Shown piece after piece: positions 1 to 10,882 of a DNA stretch of 64,000 nucleotides. The notes under the pieces are model-generated. The model saw only the letters and a program-made list of their open reading frames with translations, did not search any database and was not told where the DNA came from. Where the stretch lies: the NCBI GenBank assembly GCA_963840855.1, contig CAWJBB010000083.1:1-64000 (forward strand). The letters run 5' to 3'. A program made the translations under genes and the position numbers. Position 1 is the stretch's first letter. Each line of letters begins with the position of its first letter. This DNA is from an uncultured delta proteobacterium. GTDB taxonomy: Bacteria > Desulfobacterota > Binatia > UBA9968.

Positions 1-688
1 GGGCAACCGGCTTTACTATCACCTCGTCGTGCGTCCGGAAATCAAGGAAGCGAAGGATCTGCGCGGCAAACGCTTCGCCGTCACTAACATCGGCGGCACC
101 ACGTGGATGGCGACCTATTTAACACTCAAGCATCTGGGATTGGATGCCACCCGCGATCGCATCAGCATCAATGGTCTCGGCAATCAGACCATTCTCGCCC
201 AGGCGGTCGAGGCGGGAAATATCGACGCGACACTGCTCGATCCCTTTCTGAGCCGCGGCCCCAAATCAAAAGGACTAACCGTGCTCGTTGATCTCTATCG
301 CGCGAAGATTCCATTCATGAGCGGCACGGTCGCTGTCAGCGGCAACTACCTGCGTGAGCATCCCGAAGTTGTCGAGGCGGTGTTGAAAGCGTTGATCGAA
401 GCGCAAGCATTCGTCGCCGCGCCGGCTAACCGCAGCGCAGTTCTCCAAACCATGTCGCGCCACATGAAGCTGAGCAATCCGGCTTTGTTGGAGGATGGCT
501 ACCAGGACTTGCAGGTGGGCGTTGAGAAAAAACCCTATGCTCAGGTGGACGGTCTGCGCAACATTCAGCGCATGATGGCGACTCTGAACCCCAAGGTTAA
601 GAGCATTCGAGTTGAAGATCTTATCGATAATCGTTTTATCCGCAAACTCGATGAGAGCGGTTATATCGACAGCTTGTATAAAGAATGA
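1..688 (+). CDS. ABC transporter substrate-binding protein, NMT1/SsuA-like (5' end outside window)
   Basis: ORF with DLRGKRFAVTNIGG...GNIDATLL...DNRFIRKLDESGYIDSLY, typical of NitT/TauT-family SBPs. Confidence 0.8.
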   Translation, partial: GNRLYYHLVVRPEIKEAKDLRGKRFAVTNIGGTTWMATYLTLKHLGLDATRDRISINGLGNQTILAQAVEAGNIDATLLDPFLSRGPKSKGLTVLVDLYRAKIPFMSGTVAVSGNYLREHPEVVEAVLKALIEAQAFVAAPANRSAVLQTMSRHMKLSNPALLEDGYQDLQVGVEKKPYAQVDGLRNIQRMMATLNPKVKSIRVEDLIDNRFIRKLDESGYIDSLYKE

Positions 689-723
689 TCCCGTCGCCCC
701 CGCGCATGAATTCGAGGTCAATA

Positions 724-2055
724 ATGAACGACACTCTTCACCCCTCAATTCTCGATCTTTCCCGTAAGATTGCGGGTTTCAGCCACGGTTTTCGTCTAGA
801 GCAAGCGCCGGCATCCGTCGTGGCGAATGCCAAGCTGGCGATCTTGGACTGTCTTGGTGTCGCGGTCTTAGCCGGGACACAGGAAATTGGCGACTGTCTG
901 CGCAGGTTTGCTCGGGCCAATATCGCGTCGGGTAATTGTACGGTCTGGGGCATGGAGATCCAAAGCAATGCCCGGGACACCGCCCTGTTAAACGGCACAC
1001 TGGCGCATGGACTCGATTATGACGACCGCAATCATTCGACGACCTACACGCTGGCGTCGTCGATCGCGTTGACTGAAGACACCAACGCCGGCGGCCGTGA
1101 AGCCTTGGAAGCTTTTATCGTCGGACGTGAAGTAAGGGCAAGTCTCGATAGCCTTTTCTCCCATCGAAGCAGCGGTATCGGCCCTGGAGCACGCGGTTGG
1201 CATTCTAACGGTATTCTCGGTCCCATCGCGGCGGCGTGCTGCGCCAGTAAAGTGCTCAAGCTCGATGCGAAACAGACTTTAGCTGCCCTCGGGCTCGCGG
1301 CAGGATCCTGCGGCGCGCTCACCCGCGACGGCGGCACCATGGCAAAGCCATTTCGTTGCGGCCATGCGGCGGCAACGGGCGTAACATCAGCGCTGCTGGC
1401 GCGAGAAGGATTCACCAGCGATGAGAACGCCCTGGAGGAGCGCTACGGGCTTTTGGAAGCCGTAGGTCCTCTGAGCGAACAAATTCTCGCATCCCTTGGG
1501 AAGGACCTTGGCGCGGTTTGGGATCTAGCCCACAGCCTCAGAATCAAGCCCTTTGCCTCCTGCACCGCGACGCACTCCGGTCTCGAAGCGATGCTGCGCC
1601 TCGTGCAGCGTGACAAAATTGCTCCAGGTGACGTCGAAGCGATGGAGTGCGACCTGCGTCCCTATCCGCTGGTGCGCGCCAAACCCACGCGCGGTTATGA
1701 AGGAAGATTCAGCATGCCTTTCTGTCTGGCGGTGGCATTAGTGTATGGCAAAGTCACGCCGGATGATTTTGTTGATGAACGGCTGCAAGAGCCGCGGATT
1801 AAAGAGTTGATCGGTCGCACCCGCCACCTGCCCAAGGAAGACGTTCTCACCGTAACCCTAAAGAACGGCAAAAAATTGTCCGAGCCTTTCCAACCGCCAA
1901 CGAATCTTACGGAGCAGTCGCAAATCAGCGAAAAATTCGCCAGATCGGTGAGCCGGGTTTTTTCACCGGAACGGACACGGGCAATTGCCGATCATGTCAT
2001 GCACCTGGAAGAGCTACGGTCGGTCACGGAACTCACGAATTTATTAAGAACGTAA
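724..2055 (+). CDS. MmgE/PrpD family protein
   Basis: ILDCLGVA, NGTLAHGLDYDD, IKPFASC, GRFSMPFCLA motifs; start could be 685. Confidence 0.9.
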   Translation: MNDTLHPSILDLSRKIAGFSHGFRLEQAPASVVANAKLAILDCLGVAVLAGTQEIGDCLRRFARANIASGNCTVWGMEIQSNARDTALLNGTLAHGLDYDDRNHSTTYTLASSIALTEDTNAGGREALEAFIVGREVRASLDSLFSHRSSGIGPGARGWHSNGILGPIAAACCASKVLKLDAKQTLAALGLAAGSCGALTRDGGTMAKPFRCGHAAATGVTSALLAREGFTSDENALEERYGLLEAVGPLSEQILASLGKDLGAVWDLAHSLRIKPFASCTATHSGLEAMLRLVQRDKIAPGDVEAMECDLRPYPLVRAKPTRGYEGRFSMPFCLAVALVYGKVTPDDFVDERLQEPRIKELIGRTRHLPKEDVLTVTLKNGKKLSEPFQPPTNLTEQSQISEKFARSVSRVFSPERTRAIADHVMHLEELRSVTELTNLLRT

Positions 2056-2105
2056 TTTATCCTTTGGCTTCCTTTCTGAGGAAGCTCTCTGAAGGAGGGA
2101 AACCC

Positions 2106-3115
2106 ATGGTCTTGCGCGCAGGCCCGAAAAAACTCATTTTGCTATTTTTCGTTTTGCATCTTCCCATACTTTGTGCTGCGCTTTTCCAACCCACAAAAGT
2201 CTTTGCCAGCAACTGGTACGAGGCAGCTAAAAGCGAAAAGCAGGCGGTGTGGTACACCTCGCTCAATGTCGCGGACAACGAGAAGATAACCGCGGCGTTC
2301 ACAAAAAAGTATCCCGGCGTCGACGTGAACGTCAATCGTCAAAGCGCCAACAGCGTCCTGCAAAAAGTCCTCACCGAGCGCCGCGCCGGCAAAGACGTTG
2401 CGGACGTTGTCCTGGTTGGAGCGGAGTATCTCGACCTGCTGCAGAACCGCGGCATTTTACAGAAATACAACTCGGCGGAGTGGAAGGCCGAAAAAGGGGA
2501 TTTCTGGACCGCGACCTACATGAGCGTTCACAGCATCGCCTACAACAAGAACCTCCTTGGCGCGGACATGGCGCCACGGCGCTACCGGACCTGCTCCAGG
2601 AGCGCTGGCGCGGCAAATTCGCCGTCAACCTGGGTAATCCGACGTGGATTTATTCCATGTTGGACTTTTTCGGCAAGGATAAAGGCTCGGACTTTCTAAA
2701 AAAGCTCGCCGCGCTGAACCCTCGCGCATACCGCGGCACCACCTTGCTCATGCAAAGTGTCATTGCCGGAGACGCAGAGATCGGCGTAGCGCTGAACCAC
2801 GACGGCGTGATCGCCTTTATCAACAAAAAGGCGCCGGTAGCATTGTCGAATATTCAGGACCCCCTCTATGCGGATGTGCACGGCATTGGCATTTTGGGAA
2901 ATGCGCAACGTCCCAACGCGGCGCGGCTGCTGGTCGACTTTATTGTCTCCAAGGAGGGTCAAACCATCCTGGCCGAGCTGGATAAGACCACGGTGCGCGA
3001 TGATGTGCCGACAAAGTATCAATTCGATCGCAAGACTCTTCGTGTCGTTGGCCCGGAGGCGCGCGCCAACGTCGAGGAGTACGACAAGATGATGGTGGCA
3101 TTGTTTACCAAATAG
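2106..3115 (+). CDS. ABC Fe3+/thiamine-type substrate-binding protein, frameshifted near 2586
   Basis: ORFs 2064-2699 and 2249-3115 join at APRRY/PDLLQERW; paralog 3138-4139 reads IPRRYVDLLRERWKGK. Confidence 0.8.
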
Positions 3116-3137
3116 CAGTGTTCGAAGGAGACGTGTC

Positions 3138-4139
3138 ATGAAGGATTGGAAAAACCGCGGCATCCGCGTTTTCGGCGCGGTCGCGCTGCTGTTGCTTTTC
3201 TCCGCTGCGATAGCTTCCGGCGCCGCCTACGAAGAAACGAAAAAGGAAGGCCAGGTGGTAGTTTACACTTCACTCAATGTGGAGGACTCGCAGCCGCTCG
3301 CCGAGGCCTTTTCCGCAAAGTATCCCGGCGTCAAAGTAGAAGTTAACCGGCAAGGGAGTTCGACCCTGGTCACCAAGATTCTGACGGAGCGCCGCGTGGG
3401 CAAAAGAGACAATGCCGATCTGGTTCTCACCGGCGCCGACTCCCTCGACTTGATGCTGATGGAAGCGCCGACCATCTTTCAGAAATACACATCGCGGGAA
3501 CGGCCGCCAGAGGAGCGCGGACTTTACAGCGGTGTCTATTTCACGATCCAAACCGTCGCGTACAATAACCGCGCGGTGACCGGAGCCGATATCCCGAGGC
3601 GTTATGTTGACTTACTGCGCGAGCGTTGGAAGGGCAAAGCGGCTATCAATCTGAACAACTACGGCTGGATCTATGCGATGTTGGATTTCTTCGGCGCCGA
3701 GAAAGGCATGGATTTTTTACGCAAGTTCGCCGCCCACAACCCCAAGCCCGGACGGGGCACAACCTTGATGGTTCAGCAATGGTTGGGCGGCGGCGAGGTG
3801 GAATTGGCGTTGCCGCTCAATCACGACGGCATCAATAAATTCAGAGAAAAAGGCCTTCCCGTTGATTGGGCACGCCTCGAAGATCCGCTTTACGCCGATC
3901 TCCACACTGTTGCGATATTGGGCATGGCGCGCAATCCCAACGCCGCCCGGCTGCTGGTGGATTTTATTTTGTCCAAAGAAGGACAGACACTGATGGCCAA
4001 GACCGGCAATTCGGTTATGCGCGACGACCTTTCCGTCAAGGACGATATCGATCGGAAGAAGCTCCGGTTCCTGTCGGCCCAAGCTCGCGCGGCCGCGGAC
4101 AAGCACCAGAAGACTATGAACGAGCTGCACAGCAAATAA
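3138..4139 (+). CDS. ABC Fe3+/thiamine-type substrate-binding protein
   Basis: Signal peptide; KEGQVVVYTS, AFSAKYPGVKV, PNAARLLVDFILSKEGQ. Confidence 0.85.
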   Translation: MKDWKNRGIRVFGAVALLLLFSAAIASGAAYEETKKEGQVVVYTSLNVEDSQPLAEAFSAKYPGVKVEVNRQGSSTLVTKILTERRVGKRDNADLVLTGADSLDLMLMEAPTIFQKYTSRERPPEERGLYSGVYFTIQTVAYNNRAVTGADIPRRYVDLLRERWKGKAAINLNNYGWIYAMLDFFGAEKGMDFLRKFAAHNPKPGRGTTLMVQQWLGGGEVELALPLNHDGINKFREKGLPVDWARLEDPLYADLHTVAILGMARNPNAARLLVDFILSKEGQTLMAKTGNSVMRDDLSVKDDIDRKKLRFLSAQARAAADKHQKTMNELHSK

Positions 4140-4187
4140 CCCAGCTTTTGCCCAGCAAGCGTGAAACCGCAGGAACAAGGAGGCATA

Positions 4188-5231
4188 GTGGAACACCAAA
4201 CCCATGAAGCGGCCCATGAGAGCCGCGAAGCATTGAAATCAAAAATTCCAATCTACGACATGGACGCTCATGTCATTGAGACCGATGACGATTTGCGCCC
4301 GCTGATGCCGGAACCCTACCGCAACAAGCAGGGCTCTCTTCTCGGCATGGACGAGTGGCACGTTCGCGTCAGGCGTCGGCCACGCGCTCCCGACGATCTG
4401 GAAAAACGCTTGGCCGTCATGAAAGAGGAAGGGATCGTCTATTCGCTGCTCTTCCCCAGCCGGGCGATGGACGTGGGAACCCAGCGCGACAAAAATTTTG
4501 CCGGCGCTTTCTGCCGCGCCTACAACGACTACATCGCCAGTGTCTGTCGTGAAGCGTCACAGCTCAAGGGTGTTGCCCTGCTCCCCTTTCAGGACGTCCC
4601 TGCCGCCGTGGCCGAGCTCAAGCGCGCCGTCGCCAAACTCGATTTGTCTGGCGTCGTGCTTTCTTCTTTCGGCCTCAAGGAGCACATCGGTTCGTCCACC
4701 TTCTGGCCCATTTATGAAGAGATGGAGCGACTCAACGTGCCGCTAATGATACACGCTTCCATTCAGGGACCGGCGGGCGACCGGCGCGCCGACACTTTCC
4801 TCTTACAGCATACCGTCGGCAGACCGGTTGCGACGTTGTATGATTGTGCGGCCTTGATCTACGGCGGCGTTGTCGAGAAATATCCGAAGCTGCGCGTTGC
4901 TTTTCTGGAAAACCGGGCGGCCTGGGTACCGTACTGGATGGATTACCTGGACGCCAAGTGGGAAAAGCGCCGCGCCGACGCGCCGCTTTTAAAAAGAAAA
5001 CCCAGCTCGTACATGACCGGAGGGAATTTTTTCTACTCGGCCGAGCCCGAAGAAAAATCGCTTCCTCACGTCCTGGAGCGCCTCGGCGGAGACCTCATTA
5101 TCTTTGCCACGGACTTCCCGCACAGCGGCTCTGCTTTCACCGCCGACCTGCTCGACCGGTCGGATATCTCAGAGGACGCCAAGAGCAAGATTCTACACGA
5201 CAACGGTAAGCGCTTATTCGGATGGGCTTGA
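4188..5231 (+). CDS. Amidohydrolase family 2 protein
   Basis: DMDAHV, RAYNDYIA, PLMIH, FATDFPH motifs. Confidence 0.9.
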   Translation: MEHQTHEAAHESREALKSKIPIYDMDAHVIETDDDLRPLMPEPYRNKQGSLLGMDEWHVRVRRRPRAPDDLEKRLAVMKEEGIVYSLLFPSRAMDVGTQRDKNFAGAFCRAYNDYIASVCREASQLKGVALLPFQDVPAAVAELKRAVAKLDLSGVVLSSFGLKEHIGSSTFWPIYEEMERLNVPLMIHASIQGPAGDRRADTFLLQHTVGRPVATLYDCAALIYGGVVEKYPKLRVAFLENRAAWVPYWMDYLDAKWEKRRADAPLLKRKPSSYMTGGNFFYSAEPEEKSLPHVLERLGGDLIIFATDFPHSGSAFTADLLDRSDISEDAKSKILHDNGKRLFGWA

Positions 5232-5282
5232 GCGCCGGGGACGTGCGACCACAGATTATCCGCAGCTTCAGGGAGGCAGAAC

Positions 5283-6341
5283 ATGGCTGACTTTTCAGTA
5301 ATCGACGCTGACGTGCATTTCATGCAAAAAACCGACGACTCCGACGTACGGCCTTTTATGGGAAGCCCATACAGCGATCAGGCAGGTCCCCTGCTACCGG
5401 CCACCGGCTGGGACGCCAGCGAATATGGCCGGATCAAGCCCGACGACTGGACTCCGGATCACTACCGTCGCGCCATGGATCAGGAAGGGGTTGACGTTTC
5501 CGTTCTCTTTCCGACGCGCGCTTTGCTAATTAGCCAAATTCCCCGCAACGGGTTGCCCACCGGCTATTCGGCCAGAGCCCGGGACGAGAACCTTGTGATC
5601 GCCTATTGCCGCGGCTACAACGACCACATCGCCGGCATCTGCAAAGCCAACCCGCGTCTCAAAGCGGCGGCCGTTGTGCCATTTCAGAACGTTGCCGCCG
5701 CGGTCACCGAGATTAAGCGCGCGGTTACAGAACTCGGTTTGGTGGGAATCGCGCTCTCTTCGCTGGGACTCCCCGAGCACGTGGGAGCGCCGACCTACTG
5801 GCCTATCTACCAGGAAATAGAACGCCTCAACGTGCCGCTGTTGATTCACAATCTATCCTACCAGGGACCGGGACAGGACCTGCGCGCGGATACTTTTCTC
5901 TTTCAAGATACGGTGGGCGGCTCGATGGAAACTTTTCATACCTGCACGGCGCTGATGTACGGCGGCATCTCTGACAAGTTCCCAAAACTTCGCATCGGCG
6001 TTTTCAACACCGGCATCGGTTGGGTTCCCTTTCTCATGGAACGAATGGATAAGGACTTCGAAGGAAGAAACCAGGAAGAGGCCCCGTGGCTCAAGAAGGC
6101 GCCCAGCGCGCACGTCACCGGAGGGAATTGGTATTTCGCTACTACCTACAATGAACAATCCTTGCCCTACGTCCTGCAAACCGTCGGCGAGGACCAGATT
6201 ATCTTCGGCTCCGCCTATCCGGAAGCGGATAACCTTTTCCCCGAGGCCGTATCAAGCATTCGCGCGCGCACGGATGTTTCCGACCAAGCCAAGAAAAAGA
6301 TCCTGGCCGAAAATGCCAAGGCGCTGTTCGGTTGGACGTAA
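5283..6341 (+). CDS. Amidohydrolase family 2 protein with degenerate active site
   Basis: IDADVH; GSAYPE replaces the usual SDYPH. Confidence 0.85.
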   Translation: MADFSVIDADVHFMQKTDDSDVRPFMGSPYSDQAGPLLPATGWDASEYGRIKPDDWTPDHYRRAMDQEGVDVSVLFPTRALLISQIPRNGLPTGYSARARDENLVIAYCRGYNDHIAGICKANPRLKAAAVVPFQNVAAAVTEIKRAVTELGLVGIALSSLGLPEHVGAPTYWPIYQEIERLNVPLLIHNLSYQGPGQDLRADTFLFQDTVGGSMETFHTCTALMYGGISDKFPKLRIGVFNTGIGWVPFLMERMDKDFEGRNQEEAPWLKKAPSAHVTGGNWYFATTYNEQSLPYVLQTVGEDQIIFGSAYPEADNLFPEAVSSIRARTDVSDQAKKKILAENAKALFGWT

Positions 6342-6406
6342 AACTGATTGCGGCTAAGCACGTAGCGTCCAAAACGGCTCAAGAAAGTTCCCGGCGATCA
6401 TAATAC

Positions 6407-7759
6407 ATGATGGTGGGTACGGATTCACAAGTGGGCGGAACACTCAACCTGTCAAAGAGACTTGCCGAGTTCTCCGCCGGCATAACTCTAAATCAGATCC
6501 CCGCTCCGGTTATTGCCAATGCCAAGCTCGCTATACTCGACTGTTTCGGCGTAGCCGTTCTTGCGACTACACACGACCCTGGAAAGAGAATCTTCCGACT
6601 GGCGGAGCAAGAAGGGTGGCGTGGCCCCTGCACTTTGTGGGGCTGGAAGCTTTCTGCCAGCGCCCGCGACGCGGCCTTCGCCAACGCTACCCTCGCGCAC
6701 CTACTTGACTATGACGACGGCGGCCACGTTTCCACATATATTCTTGCATCCGCAACCGCTCTGGCCGAGCGTGAGGCCGCGTCGGGACATAGCCTGCTCG
6801 CGGCGTTCATCGCGGGCCGCGAGGTGCGCATATCGCTGGATCCGCTTTTTGCCAACCGCTTCGAGGGAAGCGGCCCCGGCGCCCGGGGCTGGCATGCTAA
6901 CGGAATTTTGGGACCGGTAGCCGCTGCGTGCTCTGCAGGCAAGATCTTAGGTCTGAGCGTAAACTAGACTCTCAACGCCATCGGTCTCGCGGCGGGCTCC
7001 TGCGGCGCGCTCGGTCGTGACGGCGGCACCATGGCGAAACCATTGAGAGCGGGTCAAGCGGCCGCCACCGGGGTTACGTGCGCGATCATCGCGCGTGAGG
7101 GCGGCACGGGTGATACAGCGGCGCTGGAAGGGAGCCACGGCCTCTTTTCCGCTCTCGGTCCACTCGATGAAAAGATTCTCGCCCGGTTGGGCGAGAACCT
7201 TGGCCGCGAATTTGACTGGGAGAAAAACAAAGTCAAGGTAAAAAAATATTCCGCGGCGGCAGCAACCCACGCGCCGGTCGAGGCGATGCTGCGACTACTT
7301 CACAAGAATCCCTTGGCGCCCGGCGACGTTGAGCGGATCGAGTGTCACCTGAAACCCTTTCCTCTGCTCAGGCTCGCGCCCCAGAGCGGAGAAGAAGGAA
7401 GATTTAGCATGGCGTACTGCCTCGCTGTCGCTTTGGCCTACGGTCGTCTGACGCCGGAGGATTTTACCGACGAAAGATTTCGAGATCGTGAAATTATGGA
7501 ACTCATCGGTAAGGTTCACCATCATTCCGACGCAAAATCTCTGAGGGTCATATTGAAAACCGGGGAAGAGATAACCGAGCCCCTTCTGCCGGCACCGGAT
7601 CTTCAAGGCTGGGACGAAATAGTCGAGAAGTTCCAGCAATGCGCCGGCAAAAAACTAACGGGACCGCAGCGCGCTAAGGTCATTGATGCCGTGGCTCATC
7701 TTGAACAGCTAGCCTCAGTGCGTTCGTTGACGGAAGCGCTGCGGAGCAACTCTAACTAG
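6407..7759 (+). pseudogene. MmgE/PrpD family protein with in-frame TAG at 6965-6967
   Basis: Frame continues through the stop (SVN*TLNAIGLAAGSCG) and aligns with paralog DAKQTLAALGLAAGSCG. Confidence 0.85.
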
Positions 7760-7852
7760 TGTAGTGTCGCTTAATCGGGGGACTTATTTAAATGTCATTC
7801 CGGCCAAGCTGGCGACAGCTAGCGCGAGCCGGAATCCAGGGACTTCTGGATT

Positions 7853-8890
7853 CCCTAAATTCACAAACCAAGTGCAACACTTTCTGTATAAGGTGTTGCA
7901 ATGGGACAACGCTATGCACAGTTTTCGCTTGAAGAGCGCTGTACACTTTCCCGACTTAAGCAAGCCGGGAAAACAGTGCGCCAAATCGCGGCAGCTATGG
8001 ATCGCGCGCCATCGACTATAGCCCGAGAACTTAAGCGCAACAGTGGCACACAGGTCGGCTACCAGCCTGTTTACGCACAACAGCAGGCCAAAAGCCGCCG
8101 CTGGAAGGGGAGTCGATTGCTGCGTCAGCCTGAGCTTCAGAAAGAGGTCCTCAAACGGCTTGAGTATGGTTGGTCGCCCGCCCAAGTCGCTGGACGCTTG
8201 CGCAAGGAAAAAGGACGTAAGGTCATCAGCTACGAATCGATCTATCGGTTTATTGATGCCCAGATTCGCCGAACCAAAGACTACAGCTGGCGCCATTATC
8301 TTCCCCGAGCAAAAGCTAAGCGCGGTTGGCGTGGGCGCAGAGGCGGCAAGGTGGTCGACCGCATCGAGGGGCGCATCGCTATCGATCGGCGCCCGGCCTA
8401 CATTCACAAACGCCGCCAACCGGGCCATTGGGAAGCGGACCTTATGCTCTTTGCCAAGTATGGCCAGGCTGTTCTGGTTGCTCATGAAAGGCGCTCGCGC
8501 TTGCTTGTTGTGAGCCGTCAACCCAATAAGGCTGCTGAACCAGTAGCTACTAAGCTCATTGAAATGTTTCGCTCTCTACCCAAGTCGTTACGTCGAACCA
8601 TCACCTTCGATAACGGCACTGAGTTCTCCTATCACCATCGACTCCATAGATTAGAAATGCGTACCTTCTTCTGCGACCCTCATGCGCCCTGGCAAAAAGG
8701 TGGCATTGAAAACGGCATCGGAAGGATGCGCCGCGGCCTGCCTAGGAAAACTGATTTGGCGACACTCTCCGACCAACGCTTGCTGTCGCTCCTTCGTTCT
8801 TATAATCACACTCCTAGAAAGTGCCTTAACTACAAAACTCCGGCAGAGGTTTTTATCGGTGACCTGTTGCACTTCAAATGTGAATCCACC
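7853..8890 (+). mobile_element. IS30-family insertion sequence
   Basis: IRs attcacaaaccaagtgcaaca / tgttgcacttcaaatgtgaat; probable 2-bp TSD. Confidence 0.85.
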
Positions 8891-8911
8891 TTCCCGCTTT
8901 CGCGGGAATGA
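7901..8911 (+). CDS. IS30-family transposase
   Basis: HTH RAPSTIARELKRN, GHWEAD, TITFDNGTEF, PWQKGGIEN, PRKCLNYKTP. Confidence 0.95.
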   Translation: MGQRYAQFSLEERCTLSRLKQAGKTVRQIAAAMDRAPSTIARELKRNSGTQVGYQPVYAQQQAKSRRWKGSRLLRQPELQKEVLKRLEYGWSPAQVAGRLRKEKGRKVISYESIYRFIDAQIRRTKDYSWRHYLPRAKAKRGWRGRRGGKVVDRIEGRIAIDRRPAYIHKRRQPGHWEADLMLFAKYGQAVLVAHERRSRLLVVSRQPNKAAEPVATKLIEMFRSLPKSLRRTITFDNGTEFSYHHRLHRLEMRTFFCDPHAPWQKGGIENGIGRMRRGLPRKTDLATLSDQRLLSLLRSYNHTPRKCLNYKTPAEVFIGDLLHFKCESTFPLSRE

Positions 8912-9022
8912 CGATCGCGGGCCTTTCGGTTTTGTAAACGAAATTTTGAGACACGACACTAGAAGCTGCTATGAAAGGGTTTTTACTGGAGGCGCCGTCC
9001 AGATGAGAGAGGAGAAAAAGCG

Positions 9023-10549
9023 ATGCCAGTCTTGTCAAGAGCCGCAGCCACTAGCCTAACCGTCTTCTTTGCCGCCTACCTGGGTTTCCTGCCCGCCTCC
9101 AAGCTTGCCGCACAAACCAAGGGAAAAACGGTCGTTGTCGGCCACGGCGTCGATCTCGAATCCCTCAATCCCTACTGGCACAATACGACGGCGAATTACG
9201 CCGTCTGGCGCCATTTCCTCGAGCCTCTGGCCGAATACGATTTTGTCAAGAAAAGGTACGTGGGCGTCTTGGCGGAGTCCTGGTCCGGCACTGAAAAAGG
9301 ATGGACCTTCAGACTGCACAAGAACGTCAAATTTCACAACGGCGTGGAAATGACCGCCGCCGATGTCATCTATAGCCTCAAGAGATCCGTGGACCCGAAG
9401 CTCAGCCGTCAGATCAATCTCGCCAGGAGCATTCAATCGATACAGGCGCCCGACCCTTACACCGTGGTCGTTACAACGACGAAGCCTGTAGTCTCCCTTC
9501 TAGACTACCTCGACAACGCGTACATTCTGAGCGAGGCCGCCGCCAAGGAGTCCGGCGACGAAGCAACGTTTGGCAAGAAGCCGGCCGGCACCGGCCCATT
9601 CAAGTTTGTCGAATGGGTGCGCGGCGAAAGAGTCGTGGCTGAAAAAAACCCGCAATACTGGCGGGGAGCAGCCAAGGTCGACCGCATCATTTGGAAACCC
9701 GTCGCCGAAGACGCCGCGCGGTTGGCGTTGCTCGAATCTGGCCAGGCGGACCTGATTGCCAATGTTCCGCCGCACGAAATAGATCGCCTGCGGGGAAATT
9801 CAACGGTCCGACTCGAAGAAGCCAGAAGCGCAAGGATTATTTTCCTATTGCTCGACCCAGCCCACAAACCGCTTGACAACAAGCTGGTGCGCCAGGCGAT
9901 TCACTACGCGCTCGATAAAGACGCCCTCATCAAATACGTCCTGGATGGCAAAGCCTATCGCCTGGACGGCGTCTTGGGCCCGCATGGCTTCGGTGAAGAC
10001 CCATCTTACAAGCCATATTCCTACAATCCTCAGAAGGCGAAGGAGCTCTTGACCGCAGCGGGCTTTGCCAACGGGTTTGAAATCGACTTTTACACCTCGA
10101 CGGGGCGCTACACCAAGGATCGGGAAATAGCACAGGCGATCGCCGGACAGTTAGCGAAAGTCGGCATCAAAACCCGCTTCCACACTCCCGAATGGGGCAT
10201 CTTCAACGATCTGCACCGGGCCGGGAAATGTCCCGTCTGTTTCAGGGGCCGGGGAACGGTGGTCGACCCGGACGATTTTTTTAACGAATACTTTGAGACC
10301 GGAGTTTCCAAGAGACTCTCCTACTCGAATGCCCAATTCGACCGTTTGATCCAGCAGCAGCGGCAAATTTTTGATCCCGAGAAGCGCGCGCCGATCCTCC
10401 AGGCTGCCATCAAAATTCTGCTTGACGACGCTCCCATCGTGCCGCTGTACAACCCCATCGATATCTATGCGGCCAAACGGCGCCTGGTCTGGAAGCCTTC
10501 GCCAAAAGATTATATCAACGTAGCGGATGCCGACCTAGCCGAAAAATGA
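9023..10549 (+). CDS. ABC peptide/nickel substrate-binding protein (family 5)
   Basis: LAESW, VKFHNG, GTGPFKFVEW, YNPQKAKELL. Confidence 0.9.
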   Translation: MPVLSRAAATSLTVFFAAYLGFLPASKLAAQTKGKTVVVGHGVDLESLNPYWHNTTANYAVWRHFLEPLAEYDFVKKRYVGVLAESWSGTEKGWTFRLHKNVKFHNGVEMTAADVIYSLKRSVDPKLSRQINLARSIQSIQAPDPYTVVVTTTKPVVSLLDYLDNAYILSEAAAKESGDEATFGKKPAGTGPFKFVEWVRGERVVAEKNPQYWRGAAKVDRIIWKPVAEDAARLALLESGQADLIANVPPHEIDRLRGNSTVRLEEARSARIIFLLLDPAHKPLDNKLVRQAIHYALDKDALIKYVLDGKAYRLDGVLGPHGFGEDPSYKPYSYNPQKAKELLTAAGFANGFEIDFYTSTGRYTKDREIAQAIAGQLAKVGIKTRFHTPEWGIFNDLHRAGKCPVCFRGRGTVVDPDDFFNEYFETGVSKRLSYSNAQFDRLIQQQRQIFDPEKRAPILQAAIKILLDDAPIVPLYNPIDIYAAKRRLVWKPSPKDYINVADADLAEK

Positions 10550-10630
10550 GACTTGTCAGGCTTGCCTGTGGAGTAGTATTCACCAGGAAGGACCCCAGCG
10601 CGGCAGAGCCGCAATCAAAAGCCGGAGAAT

Positions 10631-10728
10631 CTCGCGCAAAGCATGTCCTGAGCAAAGTCGAAGGGACGCAAAGGCCGCAAAGGAAAACTTTGATTCCGAA
10701 CTTGGCGTTCTGGGCGGCTTGGCGCGAG
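10631..10728. repeat. Solo nonamer-arm hairpin (CGCAAAG/CTTGGCG) of the GxxExxY-flanking type, with a 23-bp insert
   Basis: ctcgcgcaaag[catgtcctgagcaaagtcgaagg]gacgcaaaggccgcaaag ... cttggcgttctgggcggcttggcgcgag. Confidence 0.7.
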
Positions 10729-10882
10729 AATAATCCTAAGTATCTGTACTAAAGGGCAAAGACTGGCGGTAAAATTGCGCAAGCCGCGAAAACTTTAAAG
10801 CAATACAAAGGTCACAAAAAAATTATCCTGCCGCCTCGCCGCGCTAGGCCCTTTGTGGCTAAAACCTAGGAGAGGTGTTGCC

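Larger units (their letters stand above)
7756..8962. repeat. MITE-like element with CTAGTGT.GTGTC ends enclosing a GTCATTCC..GGAATGAC REP-like palindrome that is split by IS30
   Basis: ctagtgtagtgtc (7756) / gacacgacactag (to 8962); gtcattccggc...ctggatt|IS|ttcccgctttcgcgggaatgac. Confidence 0.6.

Noticed and set aside
6965-6967. In-frame TAG in MmgE/PrpD as pyrrolysine or amber recoding
   Set aside because: It aligns to Gln (CAG) in the paralog, many genes here end in TAG, and no pyl genes are seen; a nonsense mutation or error is more likely
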